A stretch of 64,000 nt of DNA from Podarcis liolepis (Eukaryota). Below are positions 26,601 to 39,240 of this stretch, piece after piece; within the stretch, counting starts at the first letter, position 1, and the number at the start of each line of letters is the position of its first letter. The stretch lies in assembly GCA_965112155.1 (NCBI GenBank), contig OZ218101.1, one strand, 5' to 3'. The position numbers and the translations under genes are program-made. Below the pieces are notes generated by a model. The model saw only the letters and a program-made list of their open reading frames with translations. It ran no database searches and had not been told where the DNA came from.

Positions 26601-26686
26601 AACTGCGGGAGGCAGTGGAGGACAGAAGTGCCTGGCGTGCTCTGGTCCATGGGGTCACGAAGCGTCGGACACGACTAAACGACTAA
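23654..26686 (+). CDS. BovB ORF: APE endonuclease + reverse transcriptase (1010 aa from first in-frame ATG; frame open from TTG at 23585)
   Basis: Endonuclease motifs GTWNVRT, LGISE, GDWNAK, IDYIL, SDH; RT motifs QAGFR, FIDYAKAFD, GVRQGCILSP, YADD; no stops or frameshifts. Confidence 0.96.
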   Translation: MDKDNRHIKVMTLEDEPLRSEGVQHATGEERRTSTSRSRADEAAGPKPKGRSVVDMHGSERKVQCCKEKYCIGTWNVRTMNLGKLDVVKNEMARINIDILGISELKWTGMGEFSSDDYHIYYCGQETRKRNGVALIVNKRVAKAVLGCSLKNDRMISIRIQGRPFNITVIQVYAPTTSAEETEIDQFYEDLQDLIEVTPKKDVLLIIGDWNAKVGNQEIKGTTGKFGLGDQNEAGQRLIEFCQENKLVITNTLFQQHKRRLYTWTSPDGQHRNQIDYILCSQRWRSSIQSAKTRPGADCGSDHQLLIAKFKLKLKKVGKTTGQVRYNLNQIPYEYTVEVRNRFKDLDLLDRVPEELWMEARNIIQEAATKTIPMKKKCKKAKWLSNEALQIAGERRQAKCEGDSERYRKLNADFQRTARRDKKAFLNEQCKEIEESNRMGRTRDLFKKIGNMKGTFRTKITIIKDKSGKDLTEAEDIKKRWQEYTEELYQKDMDVSYTPGSVVADLEPDILESEVKWALESTANNKASGSDGIPAELFKILKDDAVKVLHSICQQVWKTQQWPEDWRRSVYIPIPKKGSAKECSNYRTISLISHASKVMLKILQGRLKQYVDRELPEVQAGFRRGRGTRDQIANMRWIMEKAREFQKDIYFCFIDYAKAFDCVDHSKLWQVLKEMGVPDHLICLLRNLYVGQEATVRTGYGTTDWFQIGKGVRQGCILSPCLFNLYAEFIMRKAGLDESQAGIKIAGRNINNLRYADDTTLMAESEEELKNLLMRVKEESAKYGLKLNIKKTKIMATGPITSWQIDGEEMEAVRDFTFLGSMISADGDSSHEIKRRLLLGRKAMANLDNILKSRDITLPTKVRIVKAMVFPVVMYGSESWTIKKADRRRIDAFELWCWRRLLRVPWTARRSNLSILKEISPECSLEGQIVKLRLQYFGHLMRREDSLEKTLMLGKMEGTRRRGRQRMRWLDGVLEATSMSLIKLREAVEDRSAWRALVHGVTKRRTRLND

Positions 26687-28156
26687 ACAACAACAAATGT
26701 AAAAGGTACTATGATGGAATACATTCTTGTTTAATCCGTTGATCCTGTTCCCTGAAACCAGTGAGGTAAACTGCCTGGATCACTGCAAACCAACTGGGAA
26801 AGGCTAACTGGTTCTTCTGTAACTAAATGAGAATCATTTCCTGGAACAGTTTCTGCAGGAATTCCATTGGTTTGCATCTAGCAAAGAGACACTGATTAAT
26901 TTTAGCTCAGCTAACTAGAAACACACAATGTCCTTGGAATGTTATGATTAACCACTTCGCGTTACAGCAGATTCTTCTGAAAATATTTGATTCATAACCG
27001 GTTACTGTTGAGCAAAACACAACCCTGCTCCAACCAGAAACTTTCTAGATTATACAGCTGCATGAATGAGAGCCATCTTGTTTCTTTTTTCACAGTTATA
27101 TACAAAAACATGCCTTGATAATTTAGGACAAAATAGACACAGAAAATCTGTCTTTGATTCAGGCTGATCATGGCTAAAGAAACCAAAGTTATAAACTGTG
27201 GAATAAAATGATAATATCAGTAGAGGGGGAACAGACAGACTAAATATGAAATACAATCACAAGTTTATAAATTATAAAAAACAGACCCCTTATGGAGAAT
27301 TAAGTCTAGCGCCATGCAAAAGTACTGGGTGGTATTCAACCACATTTTACTCACTGTAGACCCATAGAAATTAACAAACATGACTAATTTAGGCCCACTA
27401 ATTTCATTGAGTCTACTCTGAGTAAAACAAAGCTGAATACTATCCTCTGCCTTTACCACAGGAGTGGTAGCTAAGACATAGAGTATGAGAGTGTATATAC
27501 ATAGCAAAGACCAAAAGACATTCAAGTTGCTTCAGAAGTATAACAATAGTAGATATAGATCTATTATATGACAAAGTCTGATATATTGATATATGACTAC
27601 AGCCAACCTAGGCTATAGGTATATTCCACAGTATCAAATTTTGTATCCAGATTAAAAAATAAAAAATGCATTAAGTATACCAGAGGTATACTGTAGCTGG
27701 ATAATAATCTACAATGCAAGCCTTAATTTCACCCACTTGTCAGGAGTGTTAGAATTAAATCAGTATGCAAGGATAAGGATAGGTTTCAGAAACAGGAGAG
27801 GCAGGAGAAGGACAAATGGTTTATAACAGTAGTAATGAAAAGGGAACGTTAAGACATTTTTCCACTAGAATTTTCAGGATGGTGAAAATAATAACAGATC
27901 AAGGAGAATATAATTTGGCAACTTTTAAAGGAGATAATGGGACTGCAAATACATTATTATGTATTAGAGAAGTACTGGACTAAGTGTCCGTACAGCTTTT
28001 GATAGGAAGGACAGTAGAGTGGAAAAGGACATTAGCAGGATGCATTATGGAGTCAGGATATAAAATGAGGGAATAGTAGAAATTAGAGATTGCAGCATGG
28101 AGGGCATCCCCAGTAGAATACCTGATGAGATATACGTATAATAAGAGTGTACTCAC

Positions 28157-28227
28157 TTGAGAATCAGTGTCATGGTTTCTTTTCTGTCTTTCCCTTGGAA
28201 AGGTAGAGTACCAGTGAGCATTTCAAA
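28157..28227 (-). CDS. RPS6KA3: RSK2 exon 10 ([23 protein letters not shown])
   Basis: 71 nt, atacag/gtgagt. Confidence 0.96.
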
Positions 28228-28702
28228 CTGTATAAAGTAAAACTTCCATCAATCATATTAAAAGACCAGGTAATTTCTTTTCAACATCACATTTGATTGT
28301 TGTAACCCACCCTGGGACCTTAGAGTGAAAGGTGGGAAATAAATAATAAGAGCAACAACCACCTCCCTCTCTTTGACAAAACTAGTAGAACCTTGTTTAT
28401 AAAACAAATTGTGCATACCAACCAATAACTCTGCATAATAATGTTCTGCAGCATAACTTTTTACATTTTCAGGAGTTTAACACATCTACCTTTGATGCAG
28501 TCAGTGCATGTTAACCTAATTCAGATGCTAGTATCTAGTTGTACATTTCTACATCTAATGTGCGTTTGAAGCTAAAAATAAAAAGGCTGCTATTTTGAAT
28601 AAAGCACACTTTTCATTTTGTCTGCTTGTAAGAAAATATTGCTGTTGTCTTAAATCTGAGCAAACGCAAACTTTGTATGTGATTTATGAAAAAATATCCA
28701 CT

Positions 28703-28842
28703 CTCTTGATAGCTCAGTTGGTAGAGCATGAGACTCTTAATCTCCGGGTTGTGCGTTTGAGCCCCACGTTGAGCAAAATATTACTGCACTACAGGAAGTT
28801 GGGCTAAATGACCCTCATGGTCCCTTCCAACTCTACAATTCT
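28703..28842 (+). mobile_element. SINE with tRNA-Lys(CTT)-derived head and CR1 3' tail
   Basis: tagctcagttggtagagcatgagactcttaatctc...gagccccacgttg followed by ...ggtcccttccaactctacaattct. Confidence 0.82.
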
Positions 28843-29306
28843 CCAATATAAAAAAATGTGCTTGTGTTAACACCCACAGAGTTAAGTGTACATCAGTAGG
28901 TTATAACAAGTCTTTTATTCTGTAAGGGTCAATAAAAAGGCTGCTTACTACTCTATATTTCTTCTAATCATTAGGTGTATCTTAACTTATTTTGGGTTCT
29001 AAGTTTCTCAGAACCGATCTATTTAATCTAACTGAGAGCAAGACTCAGGAGCTTATGCTTCCTTTTAGTAGCCTTGCCTCCCATGCCACTTAACTAGGGT
29101 TAAGTAGCATGTTAGAACTAATATTAACTATGGTGTTCCTTAACCCAGAGTCTAAAATTGTGGCCCTTAAAACTGCATCAAAGTTAACTTTCAAATAAGA
29201 GTACAGAACATTTCTGTCAAACAAATTTATCTGTAATGTAATTAAGGAAGTATTATTGAATTGCATCCAACTAAGAAACAATGTAAAAGTCAGGGACAAC
29301 AGTGCA

Positions 29307-29695
29307 CAGTGGGTTCGCAACTTAAAATCACTTTACTTATGAAATTGCAACCTTACACGGGTAGGGTGGGGCAATAAATTGGAAAATGGAGAGCGGGGAA
29401 AACCTGCCGTTCCCCAATCTTCATTTATTTCCGCTACCCACCCACCCGCGCTCCCAGCAGGCTTTCCTGCTGTGCAAAGTGTTTTTAAAGCCCTCCACCT
29501 CACTTATTGGGCTCTCGGAAGGTGGTGGGAGGGCTCCAGGAGCATTCCTTTGGCTCTCCCATGAGCTTCCCAGAGCCTGGTAAGCAACCCCTCACAGGGG
29601 CTGGTTCTGAGGGTTCCTGACTTTGTGCAGTTTTGAATTTGCCTTTCCATGTAGACCCCCAGAACCGAACCCTCATGTAAGTGGTAGGCCCACTG
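29307..29695. mobile_element. Degenerate Tigger-like MITE
   Basis: Imperfect TIRs CAGTGGGTTCGCAACTTA / TAAGTGGTAGGCCCACTG followed by TA. Confidence 0.55.
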
Positions 29696-30763
29696 TATTG
29701 CAAAATATCATTTCAGTTTGCTATCACATATACGTATAGGGCAAAATTCACCTAACAAACCTGGCCCAAGGGCTTCTGTTGCACAAGTGGGCTTTCCCCT
29801 CCCCCTACGTGGCCCCACCTCCTGAAATTGGCTCGGGAAGGGGCGTTGGGAGAACCTCCAGAACAGCATGTGGGGAGAGGGGAAATTGTTCCATCTAGAA
29901 ACTGAGATGTTTGAAAGGAAGGATCATTCAACACAGCATGGTGTTGAATTCCACCCTTAAAAACAAAACCAAGTTGCTTAAAATACTGTACAAAAAATAA
30001 AACCTGCCCTCTGCTTTTTCAACTGGCTGATCTGCAAAGATTCCACTTAAGGAATGTATTTGTCCCTATGGACCCAGGTAGAAAGAATCTGTGGCTCACT
30101 TTTTTGAACTGCAAGTTGTACAAGGTGCCCAGGGAGGACAGATTCTTTTTTTAGTTACTCTAGGTGAATGACTTGCTGAAATTCTGATCTATTACTGTTT
30201 AAATGGCAAGTCTCAGGAAAAGTTAGTGATAAGATAGCTGAGTACTTTCTATCCTCAGTAATATTAAAACTTACAATAAAGTAAGAAGTATTTTTTGGTG
30301 AATCTATCTGTTATTCTTACTATGCAATTGTATCAACTTCTATATATAACTGGGGGGAAAAATCAAAGCTATTCTTTTGTAAATAATGTGTTGCATTTTA
30401 AACAATCCCAGTTTTGCTTTAAAACATTTGATAGGAAGCTTAAATTAAAATCATTTTGTAATATGTTGTGGTTTTTAAGATTTATATTATTTATAGTTTT
30501 GTCTGACCAGGGATTACTTCTCTTTGTTGTCTTGATTGCATTCAACTATAGATACTGGCAGAAATAATCCATCATAGTCTTATGGTATTTATTCCCCTAT
30601 GAAATACTGTAACCAAAATATTGTAGAACCCAGTGATGGCTTTGGAAATTTCAGACAAGAGTGACAGAAGCAGCTTGAGCTACTTGTCCTGGTTTTTAAT
30701 TTTTTGTGTTTGATGAAAAAAGGTTGTGGATAAGGAGCTGCACATCTTTTTCAGAATGAAATA

Positions 30764-30930
30764 CTGTATTTTCCCATCTATAAGATGCCCCCATGTATAA
30801 GACACCCCCTATTTTGGGGGACTCAGATCTAAGAAAATTGGGGGAAATGGCCCAGTGGATAAGACACCCCCTAATTTTTGACATTATTTTTTAGGGGGGG
30901 GGAACTAGTCTTATACATGGAAAAATACAG
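30764..30930. mobile_element. Short Tc1/mariner-type MITE
   Basis: TA TSD; TIRs CTGTATTTTCCCATCTATAAGA / TCTTATACATGGAAAAATACAG. Confidence 0.8.
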
Positions 30931-31092
30931 TAATACTACCACTGAAAGCATGAAGTTCTTCTCTTTCCTACTATCTTCTGGACTAGAAACTGCTACCTCT
31001 GAATTATTTACATTTAAAATGAATGAAATTTACCCCCAAGTAAATGAGCCAAGGATAGGGGATCAAGAGACTCTACCACCACTTTCAGTTCA

Positions 31093-31347
<255 letters not shown>

Positions 31348-31433
31348 TCATTTCCCCTCTCTAGTGCTGTTTATCACACTAAAAGAAAACTATCTACGAA
31401 TTATTTATGTAGTAGAAGTTTGTTTTTACTTAC

Positions 31434-31471
31434 CTGTCAATTTAATATGTCCTTCTTCATCAAGTAATATG
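31434..31471 (-). CDS. RPS6KA3: RSK2 exon 8 (NILLDEEGHIKLT)
   Basis: 38 nt, ttatag/gtaagt. Confidence 0.95.
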
Positions 31472-31618
31472 CTATAAAAAAAGATAAAGCTTGTTTGAAA
31501 CATGGTTATGTTGATTTTCTTTACAACAAATAATGACTGTCAGAGAGCATACTGGGAGGATTAAAAATCTTGAGAGAGAATATGGTATTTCTACCATATG
31601 CAAAATAAAAGGTTCTTA

Positions 31619-31726
<108 letters not shown>

Positions 31727-32144
31727 CTAGAAGAGAAATGCATAATACTTGTCTAAAGTTAATACAGAGCAAACAGTTTCTATGATTAGAAAAGACTGGA
31801 GAGTTCCCCCCCCCCAGTTTAAACTTAAATTGAAAACTAAAAATTATATAAGTGTTTATAGTTATGTATATAAACATGTTTATAAAAGTCACTTGCACTG
31901 TCAAGTAAGTGCATATTAATGCAACAGACTTTGAATTCTGATGGGTGCATTTCTATATCAGCTGTCTAAGGATAATTCAGCAGTATACTTGTGACATCTC
32001 TATTCCCCCACTCCCCACCCTCCAAAATGTTTAAGATTTAAGTGTGGAAAGCAAAGGGGAAGAAAGAAGAGACAGAAGAGAAGAGATATATGAACATAGA
32101 CCACGCAGTGTAAAGTAACTTAGATTCACTGGTACAATTAATTA

Positions 32145-32426
<282 letters not shown>

Positions 32427-34058
32427 TTATCATGCTGGATCATTAAAAAGTTTGTTCAAGAAAGTATTAAAATGCAATGCTGCACCCTAGCTATTACTAT
32501 GTTCTATGGTTTTTCAAACAACATTAAAATGAGCATCTTTGCTTATTATACATTATGGACAGAGCCACAGAAAGGTTTTAGATCTAGCTGTGGTATCTCT
32601 TGATGAAAGAAGAAGGGATGCAAATTTTTCCAGTTCTCTCTATTGCCCACAACTGACATGCCACCATCCACACTGATCTGGAGGAGTCCCCAACTTTCTG
32701 AAGCTGACACTGGTGGGGGGTGGCACTGGCCGCTGCAGGGGCACAAGGAAATCAGCAAGAAATACCTCCCTCCATCTTCCATTAGGGGACACCCTCCACT
32801 GGATTAAAAGCTCTTCCACGAGCACAAAGTTATCAGCTGTATTCTACTCTATACAGTGTGTATCATATTTGTAGCATACAGATCAAAACTAGCACGCAAA
32901 GCAATTTTTATCTTGGCCACAGCAACGTTAAGATTCTATGTATTTTATGCATTCAAAAAAGTTTTTAGAAGTTACGAGATATTTGACGCTTTAATGCAAA
33001 ACTGCCCTGTGTTTTGTATGTACTATGCAAGTGATAGGTATTGAAGAAAATAGACCCTGTGCACATTTTGTATGTGGAAGTGTAAGGATTCTGTCAAGTT
33101 GCTTTTGAGGTTATTTTTTTTAGGAGAAAATTACTTCTTCTGCTCACCCCACCCCTATGACCTCACATTGCCAAAGCACATGTTATCCAGACTTCTGAAA
33201 CTTTAAACTGCTGGACAGTGCCAAAATTATTATAGATCTGGCCACTTGTAACTTACATTCAGCAACAAGAAAGTTCCAGATCACTCACTGGAGAACAGCA
33301 TCAAAGCTTCCACCCCTTCCACCTCAATATTGAATATTTTTCTTTAACAGAAAAAGTAAAGAGTGGATTGCTTCTTAAAATTTAAAAGCCTCAGAGATAT
33401 GCAAAATGCAAAGCATCCCTTTAAAAACAGGACTGGGTAAATCTCAGGTAAATAAAACCTAAGTATGTTCTGTTCTGGCCAATGCTTAAAAAGAAAGTAT
33501 AGCTGACATATTCTATAAGAGAGTATTTCTTTTTCTTTCTTATATGAATTAACTAAATAGGTGAGAAAACTGCCAAAACAGTACTGAAATCAGTAAATTG
33601 TTCAAAAGCTGAAAATGAACCCTTAGGGAGGTAAATTAATTTAAACTAACAACACCATCGTATATTTTTATGAGGCCTTTCCATATTTATGCCACATTCA
33701 AGGTGGCTTACAACATGAAAATATTTACATAATTAAAAATATATTAAAATTTAACAATAGGGAAGTTAAAGGAATGTCAAAAATTACATTTGTTCAGAAA
33801 CTGATCTTTACTGATGATTAAGCTTCAAAATGTAGCATTTGTCTTTTTGTGATTTTCTGCAATGAATAGTATGGATGAAATCTCCTATACAATTAACTGC
33901 TTTAACAAATGCCAGTTATGCAAACTGACTTGTACAGGGGTACAAGATAGTAGGTTGGGTCTCAACAGAACTTGCTATATTTTATTTGAAGGTATCAGGA
34001 TTTTATAAATGGCAAATAAGTATGAAATATCATAGTTACCAGTAACTAGCAATATTTA

Positions 34059-34235
<177 letters not shown>

Positions 34236-34704
34236 CTATCGTTTTTCAGTTTTATATCCATTATATGTGGACGCAATGTCAAAGTTTTCAAGAACCATTT
34301 TCACTGTACAAAATATAATGAAAAATAAAGTTTTAAGAGTGCAATGTTATGCATCAAAAAGTGGCTTGTGCCAATGGAAAGGCACTTCCGTTGTGCGAGG
34401 AAGTATTACAAAATTCTCTCAAGTCCACATCCTGCTGGAGCCCCCATGCCCAGTTCCAGGTGGTCCCTCAACCTTTATGAGCGGATTGTGGGGCACAGAG
34501 GGGTGTAGTATGGGGGTGCCAGGAAGGCCCCATTGTGTTAGCAGAGTTATACTCTCACCTCTCTAGAACCAAATTTATAAATACAATTTTGGGATCTGAG
34601 TAGGAAAAACATTGGGCTTGCCTATGCTCATACCCCCTTGCTGCATAGACCCTGGCTTACCTAAGTCAACAATCATACCAAAGTACCACGGGGTTGAATA
34701 TATA

Positions 34705-35006
34705 CTGTATTTTTTGCTCTATAAGACGCACCAGACCATAAGACGCACCTAGTTTTTGGAAGAGGAAAACAGGGGGAGGGGGAATATTCTGAATCCCAGA
34801 AGCCAGGACCGCAAGCGGGATTGCTGTGCAGTGATCCCGCTTGCGGTCCTGGCTTATGGGATAGCCGCATGCAGGCTCTCCCAGGCAGGGGATGAAGGCT
34901 CCCTTGGGCAGCCCTTCTCCCTCCTGCATTCGCTCCATAAGACGCACACACATTTCCCCTTCCTTTTTAGGAGGGGAAAAGTGTGTCTTATAGAGCGAAA
35001 AATATG
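34705..35006. mobile_element. Short family D-related MITE with internal 22-bp hairpin
   Basis: TA flanks; TIR CTGTATTTTTTGCTCTATAAGACGCAC, similar to the 36658 element. Confidence 0.85.
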
Positions 35007-36179
35007 TACTGTAGGGTACTTTACTGTAGCTCTCAAGGACTTTCTTCTCAATTTCTAGCATATTTCCCAAAAAGGGTGATCACCATAACTTTATTCCAGT
35101 GTCTAAGTATTGATGGAAGGATTTGTAGTATATATTATTCAACAACTAGCAAATTCATCACCCTGACAATTTTCCATTGTCTGTCACTAAATACATACTA
35201 TGCAATAAAACAACTTGCAAAAAGAAATTAGGCATCTGTTGCATAAAGCAAGAGTACTGAATTTACATTATGAGTGTGAATTCTAAAACCGGAGCCAAGA
35301 AACTAAGTGCATTCAAATTCTATTTGCTCTATTTACAATTATTGTTTCTAAGCACTCATTCTAGCAAAACCATCAAGATGTGAACATAGTCCACATGAAG
35401 ATGCCTGTAAAACTGTTGCACCGGGAAAATATTCAGTGCCATACACCCTATGTTATGGTGGATATGTATTTTTAGCCTCCAAACGCAGGCTATATTCATG
35501 TATAGCCCAACCCTAAAATTAACATTATTACTAATAATTTATTACTTATTATTAAATTTGTATACCACCATACCTGCAGATCTCTGGACTGTTCACAACC
35601 ATAAAGTATCAGTGAACCAAACAGGTCTTATTTGCCAGCAAACATGCATAGCAAAATGTTTAGAAGCATTCATAATGTAAAAAAAAGTACAAGAAAAAGA
35701 GCTAATAAGCAAAACCCATGACAAATAGGTGATTGAAAAAGACACCACTGTGTGTAAATTTAGATGCAGAGTCATCTAAATTTAGGTGCAGATTCCAGGG
35801 AACAAAAGCAAGGTTGTCTAAATATGAGCAAGTATCAAGTGCATGAAAGTGCCTCAATGGGTTCCAACTTTTTCACATATGCAGTTACTTTTCAAAATCT
35901 CATTCTTGATGGGGCTATATAAATAATTATATATATATATTTTCCAGTTGGATTGTATTGCCCTGAATATATGAAGTGCTCTCATTTTTAAAGGGTACGG
36001 GGTTAAAGTTCTCCCAAGATTATGTAGAAGCTCAGCCATCAAGTCAACATTAGAAAATGCAATTGTTTGAATTCTTAGTTCCTGTAGTCCTTCATCGCAC
36101 AACTGCCAGATTCAGACAGACAGACAAAAGGATTTTTCTAGCACCTTCCTTTTACTATCAGCTCCTCCACCACATCTCA

Positions 36180-36503
<324 letters not shown>

Positions 36504-36774
36504 TTATCCTTGATTTTGAAAGCATCTATGCTACACAAACATACTTTTGTTAAATGAATGCAAACAATAAGGTAGGCATTATTCCACTTCTCACACAATT
36601 CCACTTCTCTACATACTTTTAAAAAGCTGCACGTGAATAAGACTCCGGCCCCAATTACCGTATTTTTCGCTCTATAACACGCACCTGACCATAACACGCA
36701 CATCATTTTTAGAGGAGGAAAACAAGGGAAAAAATATTCTGAATGAAACAGTGGACGTATCATTTTTGTGCTTC

Positions 36775-37347
36775 ATGCTGTGGCCACAGACATGTGATCT
36801 GATGGTGAATTTGGGGTGACCCAATGCAAAAATCCTGAGAATCCCTGTGGATCCATGCTTTGTAACCACGTTTTTGCACCATTGCAGCCCCAGGCAACAG
36901 TGGGTGCGTGATTTTTTTTGGGGGGGGGACAGGCTGTAGCCATGGACATGCTATGTGCTCTGATGGTGAATTTTGGCTGACCCAATGCAAAGATCCTGAG
37001 GATCCATGTGGATCCATGCTTTGTAACCACGTTTTTGCACCATTGCAGCCCCAGGCAACAGTGGGTGCGTGATTTTTTTTTGGGGGGGGACAGGCTGTAG
37101 CCATGGACATGCTATGTGCTCTGATGGTGAATTTTGGCTGACCCAATGCAAAGATCCTGAGGATCCATGTGGATCCATGCTTTGTAACCACGTTTTTGCA
37201 CCATTGCAGCCCCAGGCAACAATGGGTGTGTGATTTTGGGGGGGCAGGCTGTAGCCATGGACATGCTGTGTGCTCTGATGGTGAATTTGGGGTGACCCAA
37301 TGCAAAGATCCTGAGGATCCATGTGGATCCATGCTTTGTAACCACAT
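36775..37347. repeat. ~161-bp tandem repeat, about 3.6 copies
   Basis: Anchor gatccatgctttgtaaccac at 36850, 37011, 37172, 37326. Confidence 0.92.
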
Positions 37348-37784
37348 TTTAAGTGGGGAGGGAAGGAAAAACACAGAAGGCTAAGAATGCAGGAGAGGGC
37401 TATAACGTGAGGAAAGGAAGGCAAAAGTTTCCCCCCACCCACCCACCCAAGCCAGCCAGCGTGCGCTCTCTCTCTCTCTCTCTCCCTCCCACCAGCATGA
37501 CAGAAGAAAGCATTTTAACTGCATTAAGAACTATTTAGCAGCGAAACCTAAGCTTTGCCATCCCTTAAGAGGTATAGACACTGTAATCTTCCAGATCGCA
37601 TGAATTTACAGGCAAAACACTGTTTAAGGATTTCATCCTTTTAAATGGAAGAAAGCATATTTGAATGCTGTGTGTCTCCAAAAACAAAAAGTAGGAAGTC
37701 AAATCAGAATTTTAAGCCGAACCTGTAATCTCTCTTCCCTTCACAAACATTGTTCCCTCCGGAGCAGGGAGAGGATAGAACGAA

Positions 37785-37963
37785 GGACGCTCTGCTCTCC
37801 TCTCTACTTGCCTGGAGGGGAGGGGCTTTCCCTGCTCTTTGTTTGGACGCTCTGCTCTCCTCTCTACTTGCCTGGAGGGGAGGGGCTTTCCCTGCTCTTT
37901 GTTTGGACGCTCTGCTCTCCTCTCTACTTGCCTGGAGGGGAGGGGCTTTCCCTGCTCTTTGTT
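37785..37963. repeat. 60-bp perfect tandem repeat x3
   Basis: Consecutive 60-nt rows are identical (tctctacttgcctggaggggaggggctttccctgctctttgtt). Confidence 0.95.
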
Positions 37964-38843
37964 CCGTTTGAGCAAACACAGTAACGAAACAGAGCAGGGT
38001 GGGCAGTAAGACCCTGAGGCAGAATGCAGGAAAGAACAGCTTCCTGTCTCACGGAGCTCCCTTCTCCCTGAAGCGCGGTTTGATTTTTGCCTCATTTTTC
38101 GGCTCCAGGGAGCACACATTCGCTCCATAACACGCACAGACATTTCCCCTTCCTTTTTAGGAGCAAAAATCTGCGTGTTATAGAGCGAAAAATACGGTAT
38201 ATAAAAACAGGTGCACTTTCAGTATAATTTCACATTCCTAACTCACTAAGTATTTCACTTGCTACAGCAAGGCTACTAGACTAGAAGGAGGGTACACTTC
38301 CTACCAGTAACTTACAGAAACCAAGTGCAAGGAGCAGAGGAAATTGGATGCCAACGTCATAAATAAGATTGAACAGTCTTTTATCAAAGCAAATTCCTTG
38401 AAAGGGTAACAGCAGTGAATAACAGAGCAAGCCAAACCCTGGCCAGAGAGTTGCAGAGACACTGCTACATCTGCAGCCTCATTGCTCATGCTGGTCAGGG
38501 CAAAAGCACAGCCGCCTGGCTAGATATCATCAAGTGATGGCAGTGGAGATGGCTCAGGATCCAGGGAATCCCTATCAGTTCAGCCACTTGCCCTCCCTGG
38601 AACACTCCACTTACAGACATCTCACAGCTTACAGCAAGTCAGAAGTTTGTTGGGGGGTGAACAGGAAGCCCAGCATCAGTGAAGGTGTTGCGGGCTGAGG
38701 GAGAATCTCTGCCCAGCTCACCCCCCGTGGCAGGTCAGAGACTTAGACTGAGCCCTTAGTCAAGAGGAGTTTATTTAAAGACGGCCACTCAGACCTTTTT
38801 TGCATTTAAATGTTGAATGAAGAAAATGTGTTGTTGTAAAATA

Positions 38844-39069
38844 CAGTGGTACCTCGGGTTACAGAAGCTTCAGGTTACAGACTCCGCCAACCCAGATATA
38901 GTACCTCGGGTTAAGAACTTTACTTCAGGATGAGAACAGAAATTGTGCTCTGGCGGCGCGGCAGTAGCGGGAGGCCCCATTAGCTAAAGTGGTGCTTCAG
39001 GTTAAGAACAGTTTCAGGTTATGAAGGGACCTCTGGAATGAATTCATTTCTTAACCAGAGGTACCACTG
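38844..39069 (+). mobile_element. Tc1/mariner MITE family A, copy 2
   Basis: TA-CAGTGGTACCTCGGGTTA...AGGTACCACTG. Confidence 0.9.
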
Positions 39070-39099
39070 TGCTCATCTTTGGCCACAGAATTCTGTGAG

Positions 39100-39240
39100 T
39101 GGTAGTTAGCTCAGCTGGTTAGAGTGTGGTGCTGATAATGCCAAGGTCACAAGTTCAATCCCCATAGGGACTACCTGCATGTTCCTGCAGTTCAAGGGGC
39201 TGGACTAGATGACCCTTGGGGTCCCTTCAAACCCTACAAT
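39100..39240 (+). mobile_element. SINE with tRNA-Ile-derived head and CR1 3' tail
   Basis: gttagctcagctggttagagtgtggtgctgataatgccaaggtc...ttcaatcccc then ggactagatgacccttggggtccctt. Confidence 0.82.

Larger units (their letters stand above)
23474..26695 (+). mobile_element. Full-length BovB (RTE-clade) LINE in RPS6KA3 intron 10, antisense to host
   Basis: 12-bp TSD aatgtaaaaggt at 23462-23473 and 26696-26707; ~3.2 kb; BovB-type 3' end ...ggggtcacgaagcgtcggacacgactaaacgactaaa(caa)n. Confidence 0.96.
36658..38197. mobile_element. 1.54-kb non-autonomous Tc1/mariner/pogo-type element (family D) with internal tandem arrays
   Basis: TA TSD; perfect 26-bp TIR CCGTATTTTTCGCTCTATAACACGCA. Confidence 0.9.

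Noticed and set aside
23446-26658. Minus-strand and off-frame ORFs of 130-220 aa over the LINE
   Set aside because: Shadow ORFs of the BovB coding strand with no recognisable domains.
27850-27985. Integrase-like peptide KIITDQGE
   Set aside because: Single short motif in a short frame with no other integrase motifs or LTRs.
28703-28775. Functional tRNA-Lys(CTT) gene
   Set aside because: Acceptor stem and T-loop are mutated, there is no T-run terminator, and a CR1 tail follows directly; it is a SINE head.
36672-38143. Repetitive-protein ORFs or a CRISPR-like array
   Set aside because: Products of head-to-tail 161-bp and 60-bp tandem repeats with no unique spacers, in eukaryotic intronic DNA.
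39100-39173. Unusual tRNA-Ile(GAT) gene
   Set aside because: CpG-decayed stems and an attached CR1 tail; it is a SINE, not a G34 tRNA gene.
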